Positions 38,761 to 51,752 of a stretch of DNA of 64,000 nucleotides are shown one piece after another. Position numbers and translations under genes: made by a program. Source of the stretch: Takakia lepidozioides. Lineage: Eukaryota > Plantae > Bryophyta. The stretch spans positions 69,998,001-70,062,000 of the forward strand of contig CM060731.1 in assembly GCA_030704615.1 (NCBI GenBank). Reading direction: 5' to 3'. Position 1 is the first letter of the stretch; each line of letters starts with the position of its first letter. Under the pieces are notes generated by a model. It was not told the DNA's origin. It made no database searches and saw only the letters and a program-made list of their open reading frames with translations.

Positions 38761-39160
38761 TACCTAAGCTCTGGAACCTAAGATAATAACTCCATTGCTT
38801 TCGACTTCCATCATCGAATCCATACACATCAAGTCAGTGCATTCAACACAGGTGGCATTCGGCATCATGTTTCTGTACGCTCATCATCAGTTGAATGTAT
38901 TGCGACAGGTCCCACACTCGTAAGCGAGTAAACGGTGAGCGAGATGACTGTTGCTTGACCGCCATCGCCAAAGTCACGCGAGCTTCGCGATGAGCTGAAC
39001 CAGCAGAAAACGCTGCCTAGAGATATCGGGTTCAAATACAGGTTCCTGGGGGATTCGAACCCGAGGCCTTCTGGATGGGGGCTATGCTATCGCTGTCGCC
39101 ACTCCCACGGGGTGGCGGGTTGGTAGGGCTGGTGATGTGAAGGCAAACCCTGAGGTGTTC

Positions 39161-42100
39161 ATGATGGAGCTCGAGAGCTCACCAGCGATGGCAGAGTCGG
39201 AGGAGGGTGAGATTCCTGTTACCGAGCTTCTTGCTACTTCCAATGGAGGAGGAGGAGAGGAGGAGCTCGGGTGGGAGTGGCTTCACGAGTGGCTTCAGAG
39301 CTTGCCGATGCACCGCACAGTGTCCCGGGGAGAGATTGATGCTTGGCGGGAAAGGAACAAGCACCGGTTAATCCAGGAGATAGCCACCACGTCAAGACTG
39401 GATCTTTATCGGTACATACAGAGGCAGCATAAGACTCTGCGCCGGAATTTCCAGGTACTGGCTTCACTCCTTGTCTGATTAGAGTAAGTGAAATGTCGAT
39501 GATTGGAAGCGTGCAGAGCTATCGTTGGACGCAAGTTCGGGCTTCTGAATTAGAAATGTGGAAATATTGGTCCTTCTCTGGTGAAGTTTTGGATTGAGGT
39601 CTTTGTTCACCATTATCAATGTAGCAAGGGCAAGGGAAACACTTGGTTTGATGATATAGGAAAGTGATTTGTTTCATGCAAGTTGTAGGCTTTTGTAAAA
39701 CCTGGAATGTTTTCGTCCTTCTTATCGAGAAATTTCTGAATATGGTCTATTTCTTTGCCGCGTGTAGTAATTTGGAAGTCTCTCTGATGTGTTTTGTATG
39801 CTGCTATATCAATGTGGAAACCTATCTGGAAAGGGGAAATAGTTGGTACTTTCACAGCTGGCTTTCTCAAGCCATCTTATTGACGGTTCCTGGTGAGAAA
39901 GGGAGAGATAGGAAGCCAGATGGACTCCCAGAGGTCTATTGAGGCATGCTTAAATGTGCACCACAGACAGATAAACCAAGCTTTTCGCTAGTGGTGGAAC
40001 AGTTTGCATGCTTGAATATCTTTCCCAAGACATGGATAGTGACCGTAAAGGAATTAAAAAGCACATATGTGAAAGAATTTCTGGACCCTCTGTTGGCAAT
40101 CCAGGACAATGCAGTGGCTGTTTACCTTTTGGTGGTTACATACTGGAAATAAAAAAGGGCTCCTGTAGAGAAACTGAAGTGGCCAATTAATTCTATAAAT
40201 CGTAGTACCTCGGCTGCTTTTACATCAACACTCGATCCAGTATGGGAGGCTATATGTGAGGTCTATGAAAGTGCTGAGCTGATTCTTTTACCCTAGTGGA
40301 TTTAATGGCTCAAGGATGTCTAGGACTGTGGTCTCTTTGCCCTCAAGGGAGCATCGCATTTTCGTCAATACTAAAGTCGCCAATTAATTCTGTAAATCAT
40401 AGTACGTCTTTGGCGGCTTTTACATCAACACTCGATCCGGTATGGGAGGCTATGTGTGAATGCTATGAAAATGCTGAGCTGAGTCTTTTACCCAAGTGGA
40501 TTTAACCTAACATGGGCTCAAGGATGTCTTGTATCTGTGGTCTCTATTCCTCAAGGGTGCATCGCATATCCATCACAGGTAAGATTGATGCTTACATGTC
40601 TCAGTTACTCTTCTAATCCCACTGCCAGAGTGACCTTCTGCGCGATGTTTTTTCTGACCCTTCTTTCCCTTTCTACCTTGAATATTTGAGGAGTGCTTGT
40701 CTCTCCTTATGTGCCCATGTGGTATGGTCTCAAATATTGCTGTCAATGCGCAGACAGAAAATCCACTTAATGCTCAATCAGTGGCAGCGAAGCCACGAAA
40801 ACATCAAACAAAGAAGGATGATGACAATCCTAGTGTTGGCGGCAAACCAGTAACAGAGAAGTGGAGGCCCGTGTGGGAGTGGCTTCAAACGTTGGACCGG
40901 ACAGAGGTGTTGAAAACCTCAGAGGTCATTGAATGGTTGAATTGTCACCCAGACTATGCTGCAGGGCTACGAATGAAGCACACAAACAGTTTTCTGTATT
41001 CCTATGTACAGAAATGCCATCTGCGAGTGCTAAATGGTCACCGAGCAGTGGTCAGACCGCAAGAAAAGAAGGTATCATTTTGCCAGTGGTCTTATTTTAC
41101 TTTAAAGTGTCATACATGAGTGTTATTGTATTTGTTTCTGGCCTATCCTCATTGCCACTTTGTGCCATGCATAAATATCAAAAAACATAGATTCGTCCGC
41201 TTCCCAATGAGAATCGGCTTGCGAATGGACGGTTTACTTCCAAAAATGAGATGGGGGTGGAAGAACGGAAGCAACCTGTATTCCCTGCCTGGAGAGACCA
41301 TCTTGCCAAGAATATGTCATTATCAAGGAATGCCCACAATATCAAACAGCAGGAGTATGGAGGACCGTCCTCAGGTCAGTAGAATTTTTTGTGCTTTAAG
41401 CTTGCTATAGTTGTCAGAGTACTTGATCAAGTAGACTGCAAGACTCAGGGCGAGAAGACTAAGTTGACAATATCTGGCTCCTTTAATGTATTTTCTCAGT
41501 GGAGTTCAACGGCACATCCCAGCTGTAACTACTGGTTGATAAGTTAAGCTTTCTTCTTGGACCTAAATTAACATTTTTGGGAAGTAAAATTCTGGTTGGA
41601 AATGCTTGAAAATAGAGAAAGGAGAGCAAAGATCCTGTGTGACAGCACTTGTGACACAAAAAAGTACTGTTTCTTTGTTCACTTGGAGATAGCAGGATAT
41701 CTCCTACATGTTGTTTCATATGGGAACATGCAATTTTGGACAACATTTTTGCCTTATTGATTTTTGTGTTTTTCCAAGCTGGAGACACCATGAGCCATAA
41801 CAAATTGGTATTTGGATGCAGATAAGATCAATGAAGCAGATGTGGTGGATGCACCGATACAGTGGCAATCTACTCTAGCTACCCCAAAAGTAAGCTAATC
41901 AACTTCATGTACCGAGTTTATGGGAGTGACCTCTGAAGGTTACGGATGGCAGTATTGTTTGTTTCCTTGGATATGTTCTGTATTCACTTTGTTTTGAAGG
42001 GAATCTTCTCTTCTACAAGTGTTTCTAGGATCAAGATTAATGAACAGATCAAATTGATGACATTGCTTGCATTCGCTTTGCACAGGCAGAGGAACCAAAG

Positions 42101-45100
42101 GTGCGGGGGCAGCTGCACACTTCGACTCCTTCTCGTAGAAAAAGGAAAAGACCACGGTCTTGGTTGGGTCTAGGTAAGCATTAGTCAGAGGCAATTTGGA
42201 CTAAATATTTTTCTAGTTACTCTTGTAAATGGAGAACCAACCAAAAATTACTTACCTATAAAACCACCTAAGTGGGAAGGATAGAAGAGAAAAGGGAAAG
42301 AAAGGGTCGGGGATGGGTATAAGTTGGAACAATATAGATTGAGTTTGCAAGCATATGAAGAAGTTAGGCCATGGTATAGACTGGTTTTTGCGGGGCATTA
42401 TTCGTTTCAGAGGATTATGCTTTCAACTACTGAATCAGATTCTGGCCCCATGTTGCTGCACAGATGGTGTAACACCTAAGAAAGAATATGACTTAAGCTT
42501 GGAGAAAGTGGATGCTTGCTCGCAGTTTGAGTTGTAAGTGGAGTTGGGTTCCTGTTGGATTATGTCCATTCTTATGAAGTTTTATCCCAGGTTTCCAAGT
42601 TGAATGAAGTACTTTAGATTACTATTTATGTAGAAGCATGTCTTAGTCCGTCTTGTAAAGTGAGCTATCATGTCTTAAACCCCTAGTTATGATATGCCTT
42701 TGTTGAACGCGTTACAATGGCCTTTTTAAGATGTTGATACTCATTCATTTAAGTATATATCTTCAATGTTTAGATGTTCTCCGTAATTTGTCATGGATCA
42801 TTAAATTTTATATGTTACAAAGATTGAGAAGAGTCAACTCATGTAACTGGCCTGCAGATACCAGGTTTCTGTAACTTCAATTTTTCAGCTTTACGTTTAT
42901 CGAAAGTGTGGATTTGTTGTCCTGACAGGATATTGAGCATAGAGATGCGGCTGAAAGATGTAGTGTCGACATGTAAGGCTCAAACTTCTGAGGTCAGCGG
43001 GGTTGGTAAGGCTGAGAATCCAAAATGTGCTGCTTCTCGCGATCCTCACCTTTCTAAGCTTGGAAAAAGAGGCCAAGATATTGAAGGGAGTGCTTGGGTC
43101 TACACAGATATCTCATCAGGTGAAGAAGCTTGACTGGTCACCTTTTGGATTAAATGCTTTCATAAGTTGAAATTTGTATTGCTTTGTTGGACATCTTACA
43201 TTCTCTTGTAAATTTCGTCCACACGTTAATGGTTGATATAGACAGTCATGATTCTCTCCAAGGTGGGTTTATGCAATGGATTGCACCTCATAAGAGAATC
43301 TACAGCATCCAACAAATGGTTTAGTGGTTAGGGCACAAGGCCACCTTACAAGCAGTTGTAGATTCAACGCCACGTACTTGTATGTTAAATGGAGGTTGGC
43401 TTGGTCAATTGTCACCTCATCAGTACTTGGTGGCTTTCAAGTCCTTGGAGGAAGGTTTGGAAAACCATGTTGCTCCTGTGTTAGACGGTTTTCAATCTGA
43501 AGGCAGTAGTCCCTGTTACATGACTGAGATCCTCACTAGCTCTGCTACAGAACCAATCCTGGTATGACAATTAAAATCAGATAGAGCTTGTGTCTTGTTA
43601 AAGGAACCGAACTCTGGGCTCCAGGCGTTGGCAACACAGTGTCAAGTGTTGTGGAGGCTTTATGGGAGCGTGAGTACGGAGCAAACTCAGGAACTGTTGC
43701 ATTTCGACCCAAAGAGATTGGTAGACGTGGCCAGAGATGGACTTCTGTCTTCAATGGTACAAGGAACTACCCTATCACACTCTGACTTTTCGGGCATTTT
43801 TTGACGGATTTTACTTAGAGGAGTAGGGAGTCAAGCCCAGTTACTCTTTGCAAACCTTGTGTTATTCCCAATACAATGGTGGGTTCCTTTAGCTACCAAG
43901 TTGAGTTCACGATGTTTTGTGAGGTATGCATTATGACTAAATATGCTTTTGCTTTTATGCACAGAAGTCATCACAACTTTGCATGAGTAGGAACTCTCAG
44001 CTATGGTGTGGAGGGCAGCAATCTCAGATCACTTGAATGTGATGGTAGGTTGGAACTCACTCGAGAAGCAACGAGTAGGGCCGGCAGACTGGTTGCAGAA
44101 GAGAGCCTACTCTACATGGGTGCCTAGCTGGTGTGCTTACACATCTAGTGTTGCAGTAGCCCAACCACTAGGCAGCCGGATTGATGTAAGTACTTCCCTT
44201 GAGACTCCAGAGATAGATTCTTGGAGAGATTCTATGACTTGCAGTGGATCTTGGAAGTCACTCTTGGTAAGTGAGAGGCTTATGCTGTTTGCCTATTTGT
44301 TTATTCCTACATTTGATGAATACCTATGGCATCTGATGTGTAAAACATGCTCACTGTATGAACTCTACCTCAGAGCAAGTCAATCCTAGGAGAAATACTG
44401 GGTGTATATGAAGGAATCAATGAATAACACACTGTCAAGGCCATTGTAGTCACCTTATGTGGTTTGGACCAGAACATATAAGATTGAATGAGACAGCAGG
44501 GTTGCCCAGACAGAGCATGGGAGGCCGTGGTCCTTGTTTCAAGTCTCTACACAAACTCTGTATTTCTGTTTCTTTACCTGTCTTCACTTTGGTGGTATCA
44601 TACTGTTTTCAGCAAGGTATCCAAAAGGTGCTGGATGTTAGGTTTCATCCAGGTGGACTACCACAATTGGTTTGCAGCTGCAATGAGGTTGGTCCCTTTG
44701 TTCTTCATATCCCGCTTTCAGGCGTTAGTCTGTCACTGGATTTCAAATGCATAATGTTCACTGCTGAGAGCTAGCCAACATCCCGCCACTTTTGGAGAAG
44801 AGGCTGAAACTCATTAAGAATTGCTAATGGCAATGTGAGCGTAGTATGATATGTGATCTAAACCTCATGAAAACCTCATGAAGTGGGGAGTATTGGCATT
44901 GACCCCCTAACTGCAAGATCCTATATAGGGTCCCCTTCCTCTCTGCATCTGGTTATTGTTGAGAGATAGACTCCCAACCGTGAGTTTAAAGTTGAGTGTA
45001 GAGTGGAGAGTTGTCAATGCCCGATGTGCGGGGGTCCTGAAGACAATATCCATGTTCTGATACAATGTCCGGAGTATTCTCATCGGAGAGCGATGTTCAT

Positions 45101-48100
45101 CAGGATCATCAAGAACATAGTCTGTGCACCTCTGTTCACCAAGTTTCAACATCTCAAGGCTGGAACTAAAGCCCTGGCCCCGTTGGGGAGCTCACACACA
45201 GCAGATTGATGCTTGTGTGAAGGGCTTTCTGGAGGTAATCTCGAAAGCCCGAACCAATTGTTTATACCAAGGTAAGTCCCACTACTGGTATGAGCCCCTC
45301 ACAGAGGTAGTGTCTGTCCTTCTTGTTCCGCCCACACTAGGCGCAGGGTCTATGACCACAAGGCTATGGCGAACAACTTCTTGTGAGTACATTCTCTCTC
45401 TTTACCTTGAACCCCATGTATAGTTGGAGATCATTGACACTTTGAGTGGCAGGCTCCTAATGAACTGCTGCTTTACAACCTGGTGAATGGCCGAGGAAGA
45501 GAACTTATTGGTCACAATACCCAGGTTTGTTGTGGGTGCTGTGCATTGTGATGTCGGTGTGGCTGAGAAGTAAAGGCTGTAGTATTTTCAACCAATGTGT
45601 GGTTCAATTCCGTCTTATGAAAACTTTATGTAATCCAATGTATAGTGGGGAGGTGCTCATGAGCTAGGCACCAGAAAGTGTGCTTGTTAGGCTAGAACTT
45701 AGTACGCAGAAGTCTTCTTTGAAATATCAGGGACTTACTGGATTGGCACAATAGCTTTTTTGTCACAACTGCAATACAGTTGTTTCTTTACTGCAATCAT
45801 AACATTCAGTGTGCTTGTTGGTCCCAGATTCAGGCAGTAGAATTTGCTCTAGGTGGAGATCGTATTGTCTCCTCTGCCAGCAATACAGTCAAGGTAAGAC
45901 TCAAAGTTGAAGCCAAGCCCTGATTAATCTCATTGGAAGGTATATAACCACATGTTTTCTCCTTTGATGGTTGAGGTAGAAATGCTCTGTGGTGATTGCT
46001 GGGAGTATTGTGTACTAAAGGTATAGCTCACTTTTGCTGGTTCTTTGTGCCATAGGTGTGGGACTCGATGTCTGGGACATGCCTGCATACATTGGGACCT
46101 GGAGGTGAGGACGGCACAGCAGGGCATAAGAAGAAAATTAGTGCGATGGCAGTTAACCAACTTCAATCCTGTAAGCATTCTCATAATCAAGAATGACAAC
46201 CTATTCCAAATCTAGTGTTGGAGGAATAGCATGCCTTGGATTTTGTAGTGTGAAGGTAAGGGTTGCTTATATGGTTCACTTTAGGTACCTGCTGAAATTA
46301 GAGCTCTACTTGTGCTTGCACTCCATCTCTCCTCACAACCATCCATTGTGTCAGATAGCTTGAGGGTGAGAGCTATAGTGAATTGTGAATCGATCTATTT
46401 AATTTGAGAAATCAACACTCAAATGTCCTGTACTATATTGTTGTCAGGATTCGTGAGTGCAATGGCAATGTCAGGTTTGAGTCTTATAAACCCTTGTGGG
46501 CTGAAGGTTCATTTGTCTTGTTCTGTAAGACTCGCTAGCTACGTTTCAAGGTTGGAGGCGTTTGTTGTTTAATGGTTCTCTCTACGTCCTTTTACTTCTT
46601 TAATAGAGCATTGACTGTTGCCTGCGATGTGGTCCATCTTAGTCCTTCAGTTGTATGTTATTTAAAGATAAAGGGTATGCTTTGAACCTCCTTTTGAAGA
46701 CACCGAAGAGTGTTATGCATTTGAAGTTCTTTTGTCGCATCTCATCCTTTGGTCTACTGAAACTGATCAAGAGCAGACTTCTTAAATCTTGGGTGTGAAG
46801 CTTTTTTGAGGCCACTTACGTTAGTGAGGGTATATCTCTTTTGCGTCTCTCTCTTTTGTCCTTTCTGTGTTTTCCAGTGTGGTGTTTTTGGTGTTTTGAA
46901 TTCTCAGGCATGTTTTGGCTGAGTCTTTCAGTGTGGATATGGAAACTCAGTACGTATGCACCATCTTTTGGGGACTCGTGAAGTCAGTGGGGAGACTGTT
47001 AGAAAAGTTGTCTTGTTCTTCCAGATTGACTCCTAAGGGATGAGGCTGCTCGCTTTCTGGCTTCGTTGTTCTTTTTCTGTTTCTTCTTCCATGTCTTTTC
47101 CCCACAATGGTTTGTGCTGGTCCTGGTGTTTTCATCTTTGAAAGCTCTTTCTTACCTTCAATGTGGCTCTTTCTTTTTATCTTTGACACCTCTCAAACTT
47201 CGACTCCAAGTTTAACAGGCTCTGAAAGTGATAGATATTCCTGCAAGTGGTTACCTTCCCAATGTGAGTTAAGAGTTTAAGAGGCTCTCACATATATCTT
47301 GTTCCTTCAACTGGCTACCTTTCAAATGTAAGCCTGGAGTTCACCCTTACATACAGGTATCTTATGGACTCTAGTAGGCTGAAACCCAATATCCATCCCA
47401 GGGTGGGTAATTGATCATAGTCGATGTTTGACTATTTATCTCCCTCACACCATCTCCCATAGAGTTGACTGCCTGTGTCAAGTGTGGACACATTGGTGGC
47501 TACAGTAGCAGTGCTGGAATGAACGTTGTGTTGTAGAGTCATCTAAACCAGCTCATTCACCAAACACTTAATTGCTTGGAAGAGGAATGTCTTCTGCTGT
47601 GTGCGATGATATGGCAATGTCAAGATGAGTCTTTTTCTACCCTGAAAGCCCTCAACCGTTTTAAATCTCACCACCACTATCTCCTTAAGGGGATCGCGTA
47701 GCCAATGTGCGCAGGGAATGGTCATTACATCTCTCTGTCGCTCTTCCTTGCAATCTGAAGACAGTATTCACTTTCTGATACACTGGTCGGGGTTTTCTCA
47801 CCAAAGAGACGCTCTCTTCAATTCTATCAAGGGAATTGTGCCTGTACCCCTGTTTAACAACTTTGAAAGTCTCGAGGCTGAGCCAAAAGCCCTCCTGAGG
47901 CCTAGTTTTTGGGCAAATCACACACAGCAGATTGATGCTTGTGTGAAGGGATTTCTAGAGGATATCTGGAAAACCCGGATTAATTCTATATATGATGGTA
48001 AGTCACACTACCAACGTCAGCCCCTGACAGAGGTAGGTTCTGTCCCTTTTGTTCCCGCTCAAACTGGGCGCGGGGTCAATGGCCACAAGGCTACGGCAAA

Positions 48101-51100
48101 CAACGTCTTATGAGTACAATCTGTCGCTCTTCCTCTCAAGCTCTAAGCTTGCTGACCACAGGTCTTGTGGCGACAAGTGGTGGAGAAGGTGACAACCAAC
48201 TTCTGTTGTGGAATGTACTGAGAGGACAACTTGCTGCTGATGTGAACGCTGATTTCAGGTGCGTCAGTTCTAGTTATGTCCTAAGTTTGAAATACCATCT
48301 CTGTTGGTCTGACCAAGAACATGAGTTCTTCCTCGTTCACCTTGTTTTGTCATGTTGAAGATTAATGGCTGTTCTTAATGCCCAAATTGTTTTATTTGTG
48401 CAAGATCTCTTGTTTATTTAAGTTATTGATCTCATTGTCAAAATTTAGAGATCTCCTCAATGCTTGTGATCAGGGTCTAGGAGAGGGTTTGCTCAATTGG
48501 GCCATACACAAACCTCTCTATTTGCTTAGGTAATGAGGCTGTCTCAGGACAAGGTCGCATCATAGTGTACATGTTCATATGTTTCCATGTATTAAGACTG
48601 ATCTTTGGCTTGGCAGACGAGGGCAATCGGATCTGCTGTCTATGGATGCTTTGAAATTCTGCAACGAAAAGTACCTCGTTGCTGGAAGTGATTCACCACA
48701 TGGAAAACCAGCAGTGGTGCAGATATGGGATATTGATGCTCTACATAATGTTTTGTCCTTCCCTGCCCATGACACTGTAAGTGAAATTACCCTAGTTGTG
48801 CAAAATTGTTTCTATTGGGGACCATGGCAGGGGTGAGGTAAGGGAGTTTGAGGCCAGCATGTAGTTTGTCAAGGTATGCAGCAAGGGTGGTTTAGTGCCA
48901 CACATTCTAGTACCGCTCCTCTGTTTGTACAACTTCTTATTTAGAATGGATTCTCACTATTGGTAGTTGAGTCGTCACTGAGGCCTGGCCTTCATGTGCA
49001 GTACATTACATGTCTCGACATCAACCCCAGTGGATCCACTCTCATCACAGGTATTCCAATTGTCACCTTTGAAACAGAGGAGACAAAGTTATGGAAATGG
49101 GCATAGTTTTCATGAACTGCTCAACTTCTATTTTATGTCACTTTTTCAAAGCCTTTACATTCAGGATGAAAATTTTATGTTGCTGTGAATCCTTTGGAAG
49201 GGAACAGAGAAGCTGATGAAGATACTCACAGACCAGAGTAATTCAAATGTAGTAGTTCTTAGCATGTCTTTGTTGTCTATGTAGCTAATCTAGGGTATTC
49301 GTCTAAGTTAAGTGTATGAAAAGAGTGTAGTGCATCATCACAGATCCTTTCCCTTTTAGTACAGTTATCTGCACAGAAGTGCTTCATGCATACTTTCAGC
49401 AGTACAGTGTGGTTTGGGTGAGCAGGAAAGGAGCTCACACCTCCTCTTCTCACATGATCCCTCATGTCTAAGAAAGTAGCCTTTGTCGTGTGAATACAGG
49501 TGCTGGGGATGGCAGTGTGGGCTTGTTTGACCTTAGAAGTGGCGGTGGCATTGCTCGCTTGCCATTGAGCTCAGAGTGGGAGGTTTGGTCTCCCACCCAT
49601 CTGCCTTTTCCTCTCCTCTTATGGTTTTGATTCGTTCCATTGACTGTTATGTCGGGAACTTCTCATTTGAGGGGGGAACAGTGTCTCATTGATGCATGGA
49701 TTTTGTTCATTTAAGAAATTGTGGAACCGGATGATATGTGCATGCAGGTAACGTCTGTGTCATTCAGTGGGTGTGGTTCTTATTTTCAAGCCTCTTGCAC
49801 TGGCAACTGCTCCTTCATTTGGGACACACGGATGATGCCCATGGAGCCAGGCCCGAAGTACACGGAACAGCCCCCACCATTAGCCCAGAAAAATTCTGCG
49901 GCCATTACTTCATTCAAAGCTCTTCACTGTGTCAGCCATGGTTATTCAATGCCAACTGCACAAAATTCCTTCCAGGTGCCAGGGTATGTATCCAGCAGGG
50001 TCTTCTAGGATTAAGGATATTGAAACCACGGGCTTCGCCGCCCTAGGTTCAACAACGTCTCGCCGAGCGTAAACTGTTATCGTATTTCAATCCTACCTAG
50101 CCCACAAAGTGTGGCGCGTATCAGGGTGCGCGAGTTGGTGGCGTTGAAGAACCACATTGCTATAATTGCACGAGATTTTAAGCTTATCCTGAGAGGTCGT
50201 CTGCAAGGCTCTAGGAGCACTTAGTATGTCTGCTCATATTTGAAAGGGAATGATTCAGTCTCCACATGTCTTGTGAGGAAGTCTTGATTGTTGCAGTTCA
50301 ATGTTTTTGCTGATCGCATTGCTTCAATTCAAGTGAAACCACTCTGTGAAGAGAATCTGCTGATTATGCATGCTTGACACGGTAGGTATGTTGATGATGG
50401 AGATCAAGGAGTGAATGATGCACGCTGGTTTCACAATGAAGCCATTCTTGTCACAGCAAGTGGAAATGGGAGGTAATCATCTGCAGTGGAGGCTTTTCTG
50501 TACCACTGAATAGAGAAAGGAAGGGGAATTATTTCACCTGACCTCTATGGGTTGCAGAATAGTCCTCTTACCCCAAATTTCTAGTCCCCACAGAAGGACT
50601 TGGTTTTGGAAGTCAACAGTATAGGGTAAATCCATGACCATGAGTTATCTTTAGAGTCCTTCATCGGAAGGATGATGTGCTGACCATCAACCACAGCTGT
50701 GCACCATAGTGATATCTGTATTGCAGAATAAATTAGATGTGTCTGTATCCCAGGGCCGCTGAATGGCAACAAGAAAAATAATGTGCAGGATATTGTCATA
50801 ACACTGAATGATGTTTCGATTTTTATCTCACCACAACTGTGCTGACCAGCAGTGAATGGCTTGCAGTATTGCAATGTGGGATGTGTCTCTGGGGCAGCCG
50901 TGTGTGCAACACATTTCCAGTCATTCGCGGTGTATCAATACGGTGAGTGTCTACGTTTTCTCCCAATAACTAAATCAAGAAAGATCATATTCTTATTTTT
51001 TATTTCTGGTAGGATATATGTCCTGCAATGTGAAGTATGGAAGCAGTATCCAGATGTTCAAACTTTTCTACATTTCCTGGACATAGAGAGAACAAATAGA

Positions 51101-51752
51101 TGAAGCCTCTCAAGATGCTATACTTTCAATTTGATTTCTTTTTTGCTTAGGACCTTCACACTATTCCTAGTTATGATTGTCTGGCTGTCAATTAAGGGAG
51201 GAGAGTGTGGTGATGTTCACCAAGTGGTTATTGTGCAGGTGGCAGTGTCACCCACAGATCAATTCATCTGCACAGGAGGAGATGACCAGAAAGTGGTACA
51301 ATCTTTACCAAATAGGCAATGAGTTGTATTAGATATGGAGTTTTTGTTAGTGAAATCGAAGAAGATTTGCAGTGAAGTGTATAATAGAAAATATTATATG
51401 AACGTAGTGCATTCAAATTCTGCCTGGCCAACAATGAGCCAGGTAGAATTTGACCCAAGGAATGGCATTTGGTATCTGTTTAGCCCCATAGTCATCATGC
51501 ATACATCACTGCTGGCTTAAGATGGCTGAGCTGTGTTGCTTGTGCCTCCAAAATCAGCTGTGTTAGCATTTAGCATTCACAAACCTCAGATAGCCTGCAT
51601 ATGATTGCAGAGAAAAGAAATCTAGTGCGTCTCTGACTGTGGAACTGTGGCAGTTGCTGTACGAGAATATGCACAAGAACTCACAATCACGGTGGCGTTT
51701 GACTCACCCTCTCTCCAGCGATCATCTCCCGATTCAAAGACCACAAAACTGA
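39161..51752 (+). CDS. Protein with two N-terminal WxWL helical repeats, a basic NLS-like stretch and C-terminal WD40 repeats; 21 exons; possible premature TAG in exon 8
   Basis: Phase-compatible GT-AG exons, approx. 39161-39454, 40754-41071, 41191-41374, 41822-41889, 42086-42173, 42464-42533, 42930-43119, 43965(or 44001)-44185, 44613-44687, 45453-45524, 45829-45894, 46056-46170, 48162-48258, 48617-48776, 49003-49051, 49500-49582, 49748-49983, 50386-50472, 50867-50942, 51239-51295, 51654-51752. WD motifs: GHNTQIQAVEF..TVKVWD, GHKKKISAMAV..LLLWN, VVQIWD, AHDTYITCLDI, SIAMWD, TGGDDQKVLLY. Confidence 0.85.
40173..40568 (+). repeat. ~197-bp tandem duplication in intron 1 of the WD40 gene
   Basis: CCAATTAATTCT..TTTTACATCAACACTCGATCC..GGCTCAAGGATGTCT..GCATCGCAT occurs twice. 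Confidence 0.85.
44930..45395 (+). mobile_element. LINE 3' end with a C-terminal CxxC..H..C zinc knuckle, intronic
   Basis: CPMCGGPEDNIHVLIQC...HTQQIDACVKGFLEVISKAR; similar to 47700-48120. Confidence 0.7.
47560..48122 (+). mobile_element. Second LINE 3' end of the same family, intronic
   Basis: SLCRSSLQSEDSIHFLIHW...HTQQIDACVKGFLEDIWKTR; shares the 3' tail GGCCACAAGGCTA..AACAAC..TGAGTACA. Confidence 0.7.

Noticed and set aside
39040-39110. tRNA gene or SINE head on the minus strand (GGTTCGAATCCC B-box)
   Set aside because: No convincing acceptor, D or anticodon stems; it lies in the presumed 5' UTR of the WD40 gene.
23978-43990. Stop-codon reassignment or nuclear U-to-C editing to explain in-frame TGA/TAG codons
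   Set aside because: Importin-5 and VAP have no internal stops and end in ordinary TGA, and the lipase also has frameshifts. Methyl-C deamination and decay explain the pattern more simply.
51296-51322. WD40 gene ending at ...DQKVVQSLPNRQ*
   Set aside because: A GT donor after DQKV and a downstream exon at 51654-51752 (LLYENMHK...WRLTHPL) complete the last WD strand better.
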